A stretch of 23,441 nucleotides of DNA from Kofleriaceae bacterium (lineage in GTDB: Bacteria; Myxococcota_A; Polyangia; Haliangiales; Haliangiaceae), in the NCBI GenBank assembly GCA_046597055.1, contig JBKJLC010000261.1:1-23441 (forward strand), read 5' to 3'. Under the pieces are notes generated by a model. That model saw only the letters and a program-made list of their open reading frames with translations. It was not told the DNA's origin and made no database searches. A program made the position numbers and the translations under genes. Positions within the stretch are counted from its first letter, which is position 1, and each line of letters begins with the position of its first letter. This document shows positions 1 to 8,322 of this stretch, one piece after another.

Positions 1-14
1 ACCAGCACGGAGGA

Positions 15-183
15 CGAGCCGAGGCGGGGACGAGGTCCCAGGCGCGCTCGTAAATTCCCCGGCCGGGTGGCGTGTGCGTCGGCGGGTCGGGGCAATGGCA
101 CCGGCGTGCGTCACGCCGGGGGACCCCGGATCGAGCAAGCGCCGGGACCTCGGCCTCGTCGACGGCGAGGCCGGCCCCGCGTG
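15..183. repeat. ~169-bp structured dispersed repeat, copy A
   Basis: Hand alignment to 5983-6150 gives ~84% identity (27 differences incl. 1 gap). Inverted arms CGAGGTCCC (31-39)/GGGACCTCG (144-152) and GCTCG (46-50)/CGAGC (132-136). Confidence 0.85.
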
Positions 184-260
184 CCCCCAGGCCCGAACGT
201 ACGCGGTTCCGAGCAGCCCTCTGATCCGAGCACCGCCAGGCGCGGAGCGACGCGCGGCGC

Positions 261-752
261 TCAGCGGGCGCTGACGGCGAGCGTCCGGTAGCCGCGCCGG
301 TAGTAGACGAGCGGGGTCCGGTCGGGATGGGCCACCGCCTCCACGACCCGGCCGATGACGATCGCGTGATCGCCGACCGCCATCTCGCCATGGAGCTCGC
401 AGTCGAGGTAGGCGATCGCGCCGTGGACGACCGGCATCCCGGAGGTGGTGCGGTCTTCGGCGACGCCCTCGAAGGTCGGGGTCGGCTCGCGCCCGGACCG
501 GGCAAAGGCGGACGAGGCGTCGCCCTGATCGGACGACAGCAGGCTGACCGCGAACCGCTGCGACGCGCGCATCATCGGCGGCATCCGGCTGCTGCTGGCG
601 ATGCACACGATCACCAGCGGGGGCTCGAGGGACAGCGACGCGAAGCTCGAGACGGTCATGCCGTAGACCAGCCCGCCGGCGCGGGTGGCGACGATCGACA
701 CGCCCGAGGCCCACGAGGCGAGGGCGTCCTTGAAGTCGCTGGTGAGCGCCAT
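261..752 (-). CDS. Flavin reductase-like protein (HpaC/HsaB family), 163 aa
   Basis: C-terminal part of ORF 261..1799. MALTSDFKDALASWASGVSIVAT, SFASLSLEPPLV, GDHAIVIGRV and PLVYYRRGY are typical of the family. AGGAG Shine-Dalgarno upstream of ATG 752. Confidence 0.9.
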   Translation of the reverse strand: MALTSDFKDALASWASGVSIVATRAGGLVYGMTVSSFASLSLEPPLVIVCIASSSRMPPMMRASQRFAVSLLSSDQGDASSAFARSGREPTPTFEGVAEDRTTSGMPVVHGAIAYLDCELHGEMAVGDHAIVIGRVVEAVAHPDRTPLVYYRRGYRTLAVSAR

Positions 753-766
753 CGTGTGCTCCTGGA

Positions 767-1945
767 TCAGGCCGGGCCGCGCGGCAGGCCGAGCGCCCGC
801 GCCGCGATGATGTTGCGCTGGATCTCGCTGGATCCCGCGTAGATGGTGTCGGCGCGCGAGAACAGGAACGTCTCCTGCAGCGCGGTGAGCGTGTAGGGCT
901 CGCCCGCGATGATCTCGGCGTCGGCGCCGAGCACGTCCATCGCCAGCTCGCCGAGCTTGCGGTGCCAGGTCGACCAGAACAGCTTGCCGCCGAGCGCCTC
1001 GCGCGGCAGCTCGCCGCCCTCGCCGTGGCCCAGCACGCGCAGCGCGTTCCACCGCATCACCCGCAGGCCGATCCAGGCGTCGGCGAGGCGCTGGCGGAGC
1101 TGCGGATCGCGATCGGCGCCGCTCCGGCGCGCGACGTCGATGATCGCGTCGAGCTCGGAGGCGAAGCCGATCTGCTGGCCGAGCGTCGACGCGCCGCGCT
1201 CGAAGGCGAGGGTCGACATCGCGACCTTCCAGCCCGCGCCGATCGCGCCGACCACGTGGTCCTCGGGGGTGCGGGCGCCATCGAAGAACACCTCGCAGAA
1301 CTCGGCGGTGCCGGTCAGCTGGCGGATCGGGCGGACGTCGATGCCGGCCTGGCGCATCGGCACCAGCAGGTACGACAGGCCGTCGTGCCGGCGCGCGCCG
1401 GTGCTGGTGCGGCACAGGACGAAGCACCAGTCGGCGACGTGCGCGTGCGAGGTCCAGATCTTCTGGCCGGTGATGTGCCAGTGGCCGTCGACCAGCTCGG
1501 CGCGGGTCGACACGCCGGCGAGATCGCTGCCGGCGCCGGGCTCGGAGTAGCCCTGGCACCACAGCTGCTCGCCGCGCGCGATCGCGGGCAGGAACCGGGC
1601 CTGCTGCGCGGGCGTGCCGAGCGCGGCGATGGTCGGGGCCAGCAGGAACTCGCCGATGTGGCCGACCCGGCCCGGCGCCCGCGCCCGCGCGTACTCCTCG
1701 TGGAAGATCACCTGGCGCAGCAGGGACGCGCCGCGGCCGCCGGCGGCGCTGGGCCAGCCCAGGCCGATCCAGCCGGCGGCGCCGAGCGCGCGCTCCCAAC
1801 CGGTGCGCTCGGTGACGTCCTCGTGCTCGCGGCCGGGGCCGCCGCGGCCGCGCAGGTGCCGGAATTCGCCGTCGAGCCGGGTCTCGAGCCAGGTCCGTAC
1901 CTCGAGGCGAAAGGCCTCGTCGTCGGGCGAGAAGCGCAGGTCCAT
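767..1945 (-). CDS. Acyl-CoA dehydrogenase, IpdE1/FadE30-like subunit, 392 aa
   Basis: MDLRFSPDDEAFR start. GGPGREHE, WCQGYSEPGAGSDLA, GQKIWTS, FERGASTLGQQI and LFSRADTIYAGSSEIQRNII closely recall FadE30. ATG overlaps the upstream stop (TGATG). Confidence 0.88.
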   Translation of the reverse strand: MDLRFSPDDEAFRLEVRTWLETRLDGEFRHLRGRGGPGREHEDVTERTGWERALGAAGWIGLGWPSAAGGRGASLLRQVIFHEEYARARAPGRVGHIGEFLLAPTIAALGTPAQQARFLPAIARGEQLWCQGYSEPGAGSDLAGVSTRAELVDGHWHITGQKIWTSHAHVADWCFVLCRTSTGARRHDGLSYLLVPMRQAGIDVRPIRQLTGTAEFCEVFFDGARTPEDHVVGAIGAGWKVAMSTLAFERGASTLGQQIGFASELDAIIDVARRSGADRDPQLRQRLADAWIGLRVMRWNALRVLGHGEGGELPREALGGKLFWSTWHRKLGELAMDVLGADAEIIAGEPYTLTALQETFLFSRADTIYAGSSEIQRNIIAARALGLPRGPA

Positions 1946-3117
1946 CAGGGCACTCCGGTCATGCGCGGCGCGGTGGCGACGCCGAGGCCGAGCATACGCG
2001 CGACCTGCTCGCGATGGTGCGCGGGCGAGCCGAGCACGGTGCGACCGGCGCGCGCGCGCTTGAAGAACAGGTGGGCGTCGTGCTCGAAGGTGAAGCCGAT
2101 GCCGCCGTGGACCTGGATGGTGTCGGCCGCGCACTGGAAGAACGCGTCGCCGCAGTACGACCCGGCCGCCGCCGCCGCGGCGTCGAGCTCGTCGGGGGCG
2201 TGGGCCGCAGCCCAGCCCGCGTAGTACGCCGCCGAGCGCGCCGACTCGACCAGCACGAACAGCTCGGCCAGGGTGTGCTGGATCGCCTGGAACGAGCCGA
2301 TCGGGCGGCCGAACTGGTGGCGGACCTTGGCGTACTCGACCGACAGATCCAGGCAGCGCTGGGCGCCGCCGACCTGCTCGGCGGCCAGGCCGATGTGACC
2401 GAGCGCGAGCGCGCGCGCGATGGCGGGCCAGCCGCCGGCCCCGAGCGCGGCGCTGGCCGGGACCCGCACGTCGGTGAACCCGACCTCGGCCAGGGCGCGG
2501 GTCGCGTCCATGGTCGGCAGCCGGTGACGCTGCACGCCGGGGGTGGCGGCCGGGACCGCGTAGATTGCCAGGCCCTCGGTGCCCGCGCTGCCCGGCGCGC
2601 GCGCGATCACCAGCAGCAGGTCGGCGGTGTGGCCGTCGATGACGAAGCGCTTGGTGCCGTCGAGGATGATCTCGCCACCGGCGGCCGAGCGCGCGGTGGT
2701 CGTGATCGCCGCCGGATCGGGATCGCCGCTGGCCTCGAGCCAGGCCAGCGCCGCGGTGCCGTCGCCGCGCGCGATCGGCGGCAGCAACCGCGCGTGCTGG
2801 TCGGCGGTGCCCGTTTCGAGGATCGCGGCGGTCGCCAGGCACGCGGTCGACAGGAACGGCACGCACGCGAGCGCGCGGCCGAGCTCCTCCATCACCGCGA
2901 CCAGCTCGACCCAGCCGAGGCCGGCGCCGCCGTGCGGCTCGGGCACGATCAGCCCGGCCAGCCCGATCTCGCGCGCCAGCACCCGCCACAGCGGGGCGTC
3001 GTGATGGTCGGCGGTGAGCATCGCGCGCCGGGCCCCGGCGACTCCGCCGCCCGCGTCGAGGATGCGGCGGACGCTGCGCCGCAGCTCGTCTTGCTCGTCC
3101 GTGAACGCGAACCGCAT
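1945..3117 (-). CDS. Acyl-CoA dehydrogenase, IpdE2/FadE33-like partner subunit, 390 aa
   Basis: MRFAFTDEQDELR, TMDATRAL, LAAEQVGGAQRCL, RHQFGRPIGSFQAIQH, IQVHGGIGFTFEHDAHLFFKRA. Coupled to the IpdE1-like gene as in heteromeric ACADs. Confidence 0.82.
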   Translation of the reverse strand: MRFAFTDEQDELRRSVRRILDAGGGVAGARRAMLTADHHDAPLWRVLAREIGLAGLIVPEPHGGAGLGWVELVAVMEELGRALACVPFLSTACLATAAILETGTADQHARLLPPIARGDGTAALAWLEASGDPDPAAITTTARSAAGGEIILDGTKRFVIDGHTADLLLVIARAPGSAGTEGLAIYAVPAATPGVQRHRLPTMDATRALAEVGFTDVRVPASAALGAGGWPAIARALALGHIGLAAEQVGGAQRCLDLSVEYAKVRHQFGRPIGSFQAIQHTLAELFVLVESARSAAYYAGWAAAHAPDELDAAAAAAGSYCGDAFFQCAADTIQVHGGIGFTFEHDAHLFFKRARAGRTVLGSPAHHREQVARMLGLGVATAPRMTGVP

Positions 3118-3126
3118 CGGCAAAAG

Positions 3127-3140
3127 TAGAACATGTTCCA
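3127..3140. promoter_or_regulatory. KstR-type operator TAGAACATGTTCCA
   Basis: Exact match to TnnAACnnGTTnnA. Lies 9 bp upstream of the ACAD start, in a divergent intergenic region. Confidence 0.85.
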
Positions 3141-3269
3141 CTATGGCCAGCAAGCCCAGCGAGCGAAGCGAGCGTTCAACAATGACGCTGGGTGTGCGGG
3201 GTCACGATTCGAGTGCGAGATCTGATTTCATCCGGCTCTTCGAGTGGACCAGCGTGTTATACGGCCGGA

Positions 3270-4175
3270 ATGGTGCGTCTCCTCGAGGGTCGAGTCGCGA
3301 TCGTCACCGGCGCCGCGCGCGGGCTGGGCCGATGCCACGCGCTGGAGCTCGCGCGCCACGGCGCGCGCGTCGTCGTCAACGATCTGGGGGTCGAGCCGGA
3401 CGGGACCGGCGGCGCCAGCGGGCCGGCCGACCAGGTCGTCGCCGAGATCCGGACCAGCGGTGGCGAGGCGATCGCCAACGGCGACGACGTCGCCGACTGG
3501 GACGGCGCGCGTCGGATGATCGCGGCCGCGGTCGACACCTGGGGCCGGCTCGACGTGCTGGTCAACAACGCTGGCTTCCTGCGCGATCGCATGTTCGCCA
3601 ACGCCAGCGAGGACGAGTGGGACGCGGTCATGCGGGTCCACCTCAAGGGCCACTTCGCGCCGGCCCGGCACGCGGCCGGCCACTGGCGTGACGCCGCCAA
3701 GCGCGGCGAGCCGGTCGACGCGCGCATCATCAATACCACCTCGGGCGCCGGCCTCCAGGGCAGCATCGGCCAGGCCGCCTACGCCGCGGCCAAGGGCGGC
3801 ATCGCGGCGCTGACGCTGGTGCAGGCCGCCGAGCTCGGCCGCTACGGCGTGACCGCCAACGCGATCGCGCCGGCCGCGCGCACGCGCATGACCGAGACCG
3901 CGTTCGCCGCGGCGATGAAGGCGCCCGACACCGGCTTCGATGCGATGGCGCCCGACAACGTGTCGCCGCTGGTCGCCTGGCTGGCCAGCGCCGAGTCGCG
4001 CACGATCAGCGGCCGGGTGTTCGACGTCTCCGGCGGCACCATCGCCGTCGAGGACGGCTGGCGGCCGGGCCCGAAGGTCGAGCGCGACGCGCGCTGGGAC
4101 GCCCGCGAGCTCGGCGGCGTGGTGACCGAGTTGGTCGCGAGCGCGCCGGTGCCGGCCCCGGTCTGGGGGGCGTGA
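3270..4175 (+). CDS. Short-chain dehydrogenase/reductase, Rv3548c-like, 301 aa
   Basis: TGAARGLG Rossmann motif, NNAG and YAAAK catalytic motif. RDRMFAN..DEWDAVMRVHLKGHF and NAIAPAARTRMTE recall sterol-cluster SDRs. Confidence 0.88.
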   Translation: MVRLLEGRVAIVTGAARGLGRCHALELARHGARVVVNDLGVEPDGTGGASGPADQVVAEIRTSGGEAIANGDDVADWDGARRMIAAAVDTWGRLDVLVNNAGFLRDRMFANASEDEWDAVMRVHLKGHFAPARHAAGHWRDAAKRGEPVDARIINTTSGAGLQGSIGQAAYAAAKGGIAALTLVQAAELGRYGVTANAIAPAARTRMTETAFAAAMKAPDTGFDAMAPDNVSPLVAWLASAESRTISGRVFDVSGGTIAVEDGWRPGPKVERDARWDARELGGVVTELVASAPVPAPVWGA

Positions 4176-5599
4176 GCGTGCGCACCGCGGCGGCCTGCGC
4201 GCTGGCGCTCGCGGCCTGTGGTGGCGGCGAAGGCGACGCTGAGGGTCGCCTGCCCGAGGCGCGGCGCTGCGCGATCGACGCCCCACCTCCGGGCGCGCTG
4301 CACGCCGAGGGTACTCGCATCGTCGACGACGCCGGCCGCACGGTCACCCTGCGCGGGATCAACACCGGGGGCCGCGCCAAGTTCGCGCCGTACGCGCCGT
4401 TCGAGTACGCCGAGGGCGGCTACGACGCCGCGCTCGCCGCCTACCTCGATCGCGCGGCGAGCTGGGGCTTCGACGTCCTGCGGGTGCCGTTCTCGTGGCA
4501 CGCGCTGGAGCCGATCCGCGGCGAGGTCGACGAGGCCTACCTGGCCCGCTACGACGCGCTCCTCGACGGCGCGTGGGCGCGCGGGATGTGGACGATCGTC
4601 GACTTCCACCAGGACGTCTACGCCGAGCCGCTGTGTGGCGACGGCTTTCCGTCGTGGACGCTGGTCGATCCCCCGGCGCCGCGTCGCGACTGCCCCAACT
4701 GGGCGCACGGGTACGAGAACGACCCGCGCGTGCAGGCCGCGTTCGATGGGTTCTGGTCCGACGCGACCGGCGTGCAGACGGCGTTCCGCGCGATGTGGAC
4801 GCGCATGGTCGCGCGGCACCGGGCGCGCCCGGGCGTGATCGGCTACGAGCCGATCAACGAGCCGCATCCGGGCACCGGCGACCGCATCGCGTGGGAGGAG
4901 GGCCCGCTGACCACGTTCTACAGCGAGATGGCCGCGCTGATCAACGCAGGCGATCCGGGCGCGCTGGTGTTCGTCGACACCACCGGCTTCGAGGCCGTGA
5001 TCGGCCAGACCTCGCTGCGACGTCCGAGTGGTGACGGCATCGTGCTGGCGCCGCACTCGTACGATGCCGGGGCGCTGCTCGGCGGCGACCCTGACCCCGA
5101 CGTGCACGCGCGGCTGGCCAAGTGGGCTGCGCTCGGCGCGACGTGGGACGCGCCGGTGCTGATCGGCGAGATGGGCATGCCGGTCGACAACCCGCACGCC
5201 GCGATGCACGGGCGCCGGCACATGGATGCGCTCGATCAGCTCGGGATCGGCGCGACCTGGTGGGAGTACAGCGTGTCGTCCGAGCTGTGGAACCACGAGA
5301 ACTTCTCGATCGTCGCGGCCGACGGCACCGAGCTGCCGATCGTCGACGAGCTGGCGCGGCCGTACCCGCGCGCGCTGGCCGGCACGGCGCCGGTGGCGAG
5401 CTACCGGCCCGAGCCGGGTCGCTTCACGATCGAGTGGGCCCCGGCTGGCGACGCGCCGACCGAGCTGGCGGTGCCGACCCGCTGGGGTGCGGTCCGCATC
5501 GGCGCCGAGGGCGCGTGCGTCGCCGAGGCGGCCGGCACCGTGCGGGTCCAGGCCGACCCCGGTGCGACGCTCGTGCGCGTGTCGATCGAACGGAAGTGA
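4172..5599 (+). CDS. GH5 glycoside hydrolase lipoprotein, endoglycoceramidase-like, 475 aa
   Basis: Lipobox LAAC (Cys16). LRGIN, SWHALEP..G..DEAYL, DFHQDVY, GDGFP.W, INEP (acid/base), PHSY, IGEMG (nucleophile), RPYPRA. GTGA overlap with the SDR stop. Confidence 0.85.
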   Translation: MSVRTAAACALALAACGGGEGDAEGRLPEARRCAIDAPPPGALHAEGTRIVDDAGRTVTLRGINTGGRAKFAPYAPFEYAEGGYDAALAAYLDRAASWGFDVLRVPFSWHALEPIRGEVDEAYLARYDALLDGAWARGMWTIVDFHQDVYAEPLCGDGFPSWTLVDPPAPRRDCPNWAHGYENDPRVQAAFDGFWSDATGVQTAFRAMWTRMVARHRARPGVIGYEPINEPHPGTGDRIAWEEGPLTTFYSEMAALINAGDPGALVFVDTTGFEAVIGQTSLRRPSGDGIVLAPHSYDAGALLGGDPDPDVHARLAKWAALGATWDAPVLIGEMGMPVDNPHAAMHGRRHMDALDQLGIGATWWEYSVSSELWNHENFSIVAADGTELPIVDELARPYPRALAGTAPVASYRPEPGRFTIEWAPAGDAPTELAVPTRWGAVRIGAEGACVAEAAGTVRVQADPGATLVRVSIERK

Positions 5600-5729
5600 T
5601 CCGCAGCGGTCGCGTGCGCCGCGACGTGATCGGTGGCGAGCCCGGCCCCGCTTCATCGGCAGCCCCGGCGGAACCGTCACGTTCGCTTCGTGTCGACGGG
5701 CAGGCGGCAGGCCTCTGGATCCCACACAT

Positions 5730-5888
5730 CTTCCCGGTGGCCCTGCGCCAGGGCGAGCGCACGCGAGCCCGCCGTCGAAGGGCAGCCCGTCGAAGTTCAC
5801 GTGCGGCACCTTGGCGCGCTGCCCGCTGCTCGCTGCCCGCTGCCCTTCGACACGGCGCCTTCGGCGCCGGCTCAGGGACACCGGGAAG
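5730..5888. repeat. REP-like composite inverted-repeat element, copy 1
   Basis: Arms CTTCCCGGTG/CACCGGGAAG and GTCGAAGGGCAGC (5774-5786)/GCTGCCCTTCGAC (5839-5851). Shares 35 bp (1 mismatch) and 16 bp (exact) with 10759-10876. Confidence 0.8.
5818..5845 (+). repeat. Tandem heptamer GCTGC(C/T)C x4
   Basis: gctgccc gctgctc gctgccc gctgccc read directly. Confidence 0.75.
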
Positions 5889-5982
5889 GGGGGGAGCGCT
5901 TTCGATCACATGGAGACTTGTGGTCAATCCCGAGGGCAGCGCTCTGGATCCCGCCCATCTTCCCGGTGGCCGTGAGCCAGGG

Positions 5983-6150
5983 CGAGCCGAGGCGGGGGCA
6001 AGGTCCCAGAGCGCTCGTAAATTCCACGGCCGGGTGGTGAGCGCGTCGGCAAGCTGAGGCAATGGCACCGCCCAGCGAGACGCCCGGGGACCCCGGATCG
6101 AGCCAGCGACGGGACCTTGGCCTTGCCGACGGCGAGTCCGGCTGCGCGTG
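5983..6150. repeat. ~168-bp structured dispersed repeat, copy B
   Basis: ~84% identical to 15-183. Arms CAAGGTCCC (5999-6007)/GGGACCTTG (6111-6119). Confidence 0.85.
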
Positions 6151-6160
6151 ACGCGCGCGG

Positions 6161-7729
6161 TCAGGACTGCAGGAGGCGGGCGCGCAGCTCGGTCTTGAGG
6201 ACCTTGCCGGACGCGTTCTGGGGCAGACGGTCGACGATCTCGAACCGGCGCGGGACCTTGTAGTTGGCCATGCGCGCGCGGCTCCAGGCCAGCAGCTCGG
6301 CGGGGTCGGGCGCGGTGTCGGGGCGCGGGACCACGAAGGCGATGCCGACCTCGCCGAGGCGGTCGTCGGGGGCGCCGACCACGGCGACCTGGGCGATGCC
6401 CGGGTGACGGAGCAGCACGCCCTCGATCTCGGCCGGGTAGGCGTTGAAGCCGCCGACGATGAACATGTCCTTCTTGCGATCGGTGATGCGCAGGTAGCCG
6501 CGCGCGTCGAGGGTGCCGATGTCGCCGGTGCGCAGCCAGCCGGCCGCGTCGATGGTGGCGGCGGTGGCCTCGGGGTCGTCGAGGTAGCCGCGCATGACGT
6601 TGTAGCCGCGCACGACCACCTCGCCGGCGACGCCGGTGGCGACCGGCACGCCGGCGTCGTCGACGATCGCGACCTCGACGCCGGGGATCGCGCGGCCCGA
6701 CGTGGTCGCGACGGTCTCGGCGTCGTCGCCGTCGCGGCACAGGGTCGCGGTGCCGGTGGTCTCGGTGAGGCCGTAGCCGGTGAGCACGGTGGCGAAGCCG
6801 AGGTCGGTGCCCATGCGGCGCACCAGCTCGACCGGCACGTTGGCGGCGCCGGTGACCGCGAGCCGCAGCGACGAGAGATCGACCGCGGCGCGGCCGGGGT
6901 GGGCGAGCAGCGCCAGGTACAGCGTCGGCGGGCCGGGCAGGACCGTGATGCGGTGCTCGGCGATCTGCGCCATCACGCGCTCGACGTCGAACACCGGCGC
7001 CGGATACACGATGGCGCCGGTCTGCAGCGCGGCCAGCCAGCCGGCCTTGTAGCCGAAGCTGTGGAAGAACGGCGCGACCACCAGGTAGCGGTCGCCGTGG
7101 CGGAGCCCGACCAGCTCGCCCCAGGTCGCGAACACGCGCAGGGTCTGGGCGTGGGTGGCCGGGATCGCCTTGGGCCGGCCGGTGGTACCCGAGGTGAACA
7201 TGAGGTCGCCGACGTCGTCGGGGCTGACCGCGGCCGCGGCTCGCGCCAGCTCGGCGTCGGTCACCGCCGCACCGCGCGCGACCAGCGCGGCCCAGCCGAT
7301 CGCCGCGTCGTCGGCCTCGCCGGTCACGGCGATCGTGGTCAACGCCGGCAGCGCCACGCCGCTCGCGCGCAGCATCGCCGGGTAGCGCGCGCCCAGGAAG
7401 TCACCGACCGTGATCAGCACGCGCGCGCGGCTGCGGGCCAGCACGTCGGCGGCCTCCGCGCCCTTGTAGCGGGTGTTGATCGGCACCAGCACCGCGCCGA
7501 TCGTGTGCGCTCCGAGCGCCGCGACGATCCACTGCCAGCAGTTGGGCGCCCAGATCGCGACCGCGTCGCCGTGGCCGACCCCGCTCGCGAGCAGCGCGCG
7601 GGCGAGCTCGTCGGCCCGCGCCGCCAGCGCCGCGGTGGAGAGTCGGACCTCACCGTCGACCACCGCCAGCTCGTCGGGCCGGTCGAGCGCGGCCCGGGCG
7701 AGCAGCCCCCCGATCGTGGCCGCGGTCAT
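6161..7729 (-). CDS. fadD3: Acyl-CoA synthetase, FadD3-like (HIP-CoA ligase), 522 aa
   Basis: MFTSGTTGRPK AMP-binding motif, PFFHSFGYKAG, ITVLPGPPT, AVTGAA, YGLTE, CRDGDDAETVATTSGR, TGDIG, KDMFIVGGFNAYPAEIE. ATGA overlap with the upstream gene. Confidence 0.82.
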   Translation of the reverse strand: MTAATIGGLLARAALDRPDELAVVDGEVRLSTAALAARADELARALLASGVGHGDAVAIWAPNCWQWIVAALGAHTIGAVLVPINTRYKGAEAADVLARSRARVLITVGDFLGARYPAMLRASGVALPALTTIAVTGEADDAAIGWAALVARGAAVTDAELARAAAAVSPDDVGDLMFTSGTTGRPKAIPATHAQTLRVFATWGELVGLRHGDRYLVVAPFFHSFGYKAGWLAALQTGAIVYPAPVFDVERVMAQIAEHRITVLPGPPTLYLALLAHPGRAAVDLSSLRLAVTGAANVPVELVRRMGTDLGFATVLTGYGLTETTGTATLCRDGDDAETVATTSGRAIPGVEVAIVDDAGVPVATGVAGEVVVRGYNVMRGYLDDPEATAATIDAAGWLRTGDIGTLDARGYLRITDRKKDMFIVGGFNAYPAEIEGVLLRHPGIAQVAVVGAPDDRLGEVGIAFVVPRPDTAPDPAELLAWSRARMANYKVPRRFEIVDRLPQNASGKVLKTELRARLLQS

Positions 7730-8313
7730 GCCGCGGCGGACTGGGTGTGCGCGCGCTCGAGGTGCGCGGCGATCTTGTTGGCGAGGTCCTCGGCGGCCGG
7801 GAGCAGCGCCGGGCCGAGCATCGCGTTGACCAGCGGCCCGGTCGGTCCGCCCGCATCCATGCGCAGGGTGAACGTGAGCCGGGTGCCGGCGACGCGCTCG
7901 CCGGTGAGCCGCTTGGGCCCGTCGCCGTGCATGCGGCGGAACATGCGGCGGGCCATCCAGTCGAGGATGCGGCGGCCGAACCAGCGCCGCTTCGGCTTGA
8001 CCGGGGCCGGTGCGTCGGCGGTGACGCCCTCCATGACCAGCACGCCGCCGCCATCGACCTTCTCGTTGAGGCCGGTGAGCGTGAAGGTGACCCGCTCGCC
8101 GTCGACCCACTCGGTGACGTGGGCTTGCAGGCGCACGACCCGCGACAGGATCCCGACGTCGCCCTTGAGGGTCCACACCGAGTCGGTGTCGTCGAGGATC
8201 TCGTGCTTCTGGTAGCCGGTCAGCATCGGCGCCCAGTTGTTCATGTCCTTGACGAACTGCCAGACGACGTTGCCGGGCAGGGCGATGCGGGTGGCGTACT
8301 CGACCTCGGGCAT
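7726..8313 (-). CDS. SRPBCC/CoxG (START-like) domain protein, 195 aa
   Basis: VWQFVKDMNNWAPMLTGY N-terminus, beta-rich core and C-terminal helix (GPLVNAMLGP..AEDLANKI). GGAGG Shine-Dalgarno; operonic between kstD-like and fadD3-like genes. Confidence 0.72.
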   Translation of the reverse strand: MPEVEYATRIALPGNVVWQFVKDMNNWAPMLTGYQKHEILDDTDSVWTLKGDVGILSRVVRLQAHVTEWVDGERVTFTLTGLNEKVDGGGVLVMEGVTADAPAPVKPKRRWFGRRILDWMARRMFRRMHGDGPKRLTGERVAGTRLTFTLRMDAGGPTGPLVNAMLGPALLPAAEDLANKIAAHLERAHTQSAAA

Positions 8314-8322
8314 GACGGCCTC

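Larger units (their letters stand above)
5713..5987 (+). repeat. 46-bp direct repeat (5713-5758 and 5942-5987)
   Basis: CTCTGGATCCC-nnn-CATCTTCCCGGTGGCC-n-TG-n-GCCAGGGCGAGC, 4 mismatches between copies. Confidence 0.85.

Noticed and set aside
15..183. 6S RNA or riboswitch identity for the long repeat
   Set aside because: Size and rod-like pairing are suggestive, but two dispersed copies at operon 3' ends and no diagnostic motif that I can recognise. Needs an Rfam search.
753..1799. Long Arg/Pro-rich N-terminal extensions on the ORF calls (261..1799, and likewise 767..2989, 6161..9172, 12945..14213, 13550..15238, 18716..22558)
   Set aside because: Off-frame read-through of neighbouring genes in GC-rich DNA. 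Real starts are internal and supported by stop/start overlaps or SD sites. No fusion or frameshift is needed.
3146..3175. KstR2 operator near AGCAAG
   Set aside because: Only a half-site with no CTTG partner at the right spacing; better explained as the GCTTGC promoter element on the minus strand.
5600..6160. CRISPR array or small CDS in the repeat-rich gap
   Set aside because: Only two direct-repeat copies 229 bp apart, no regular spacers and no cas genes. ORF translations are low-complexity.
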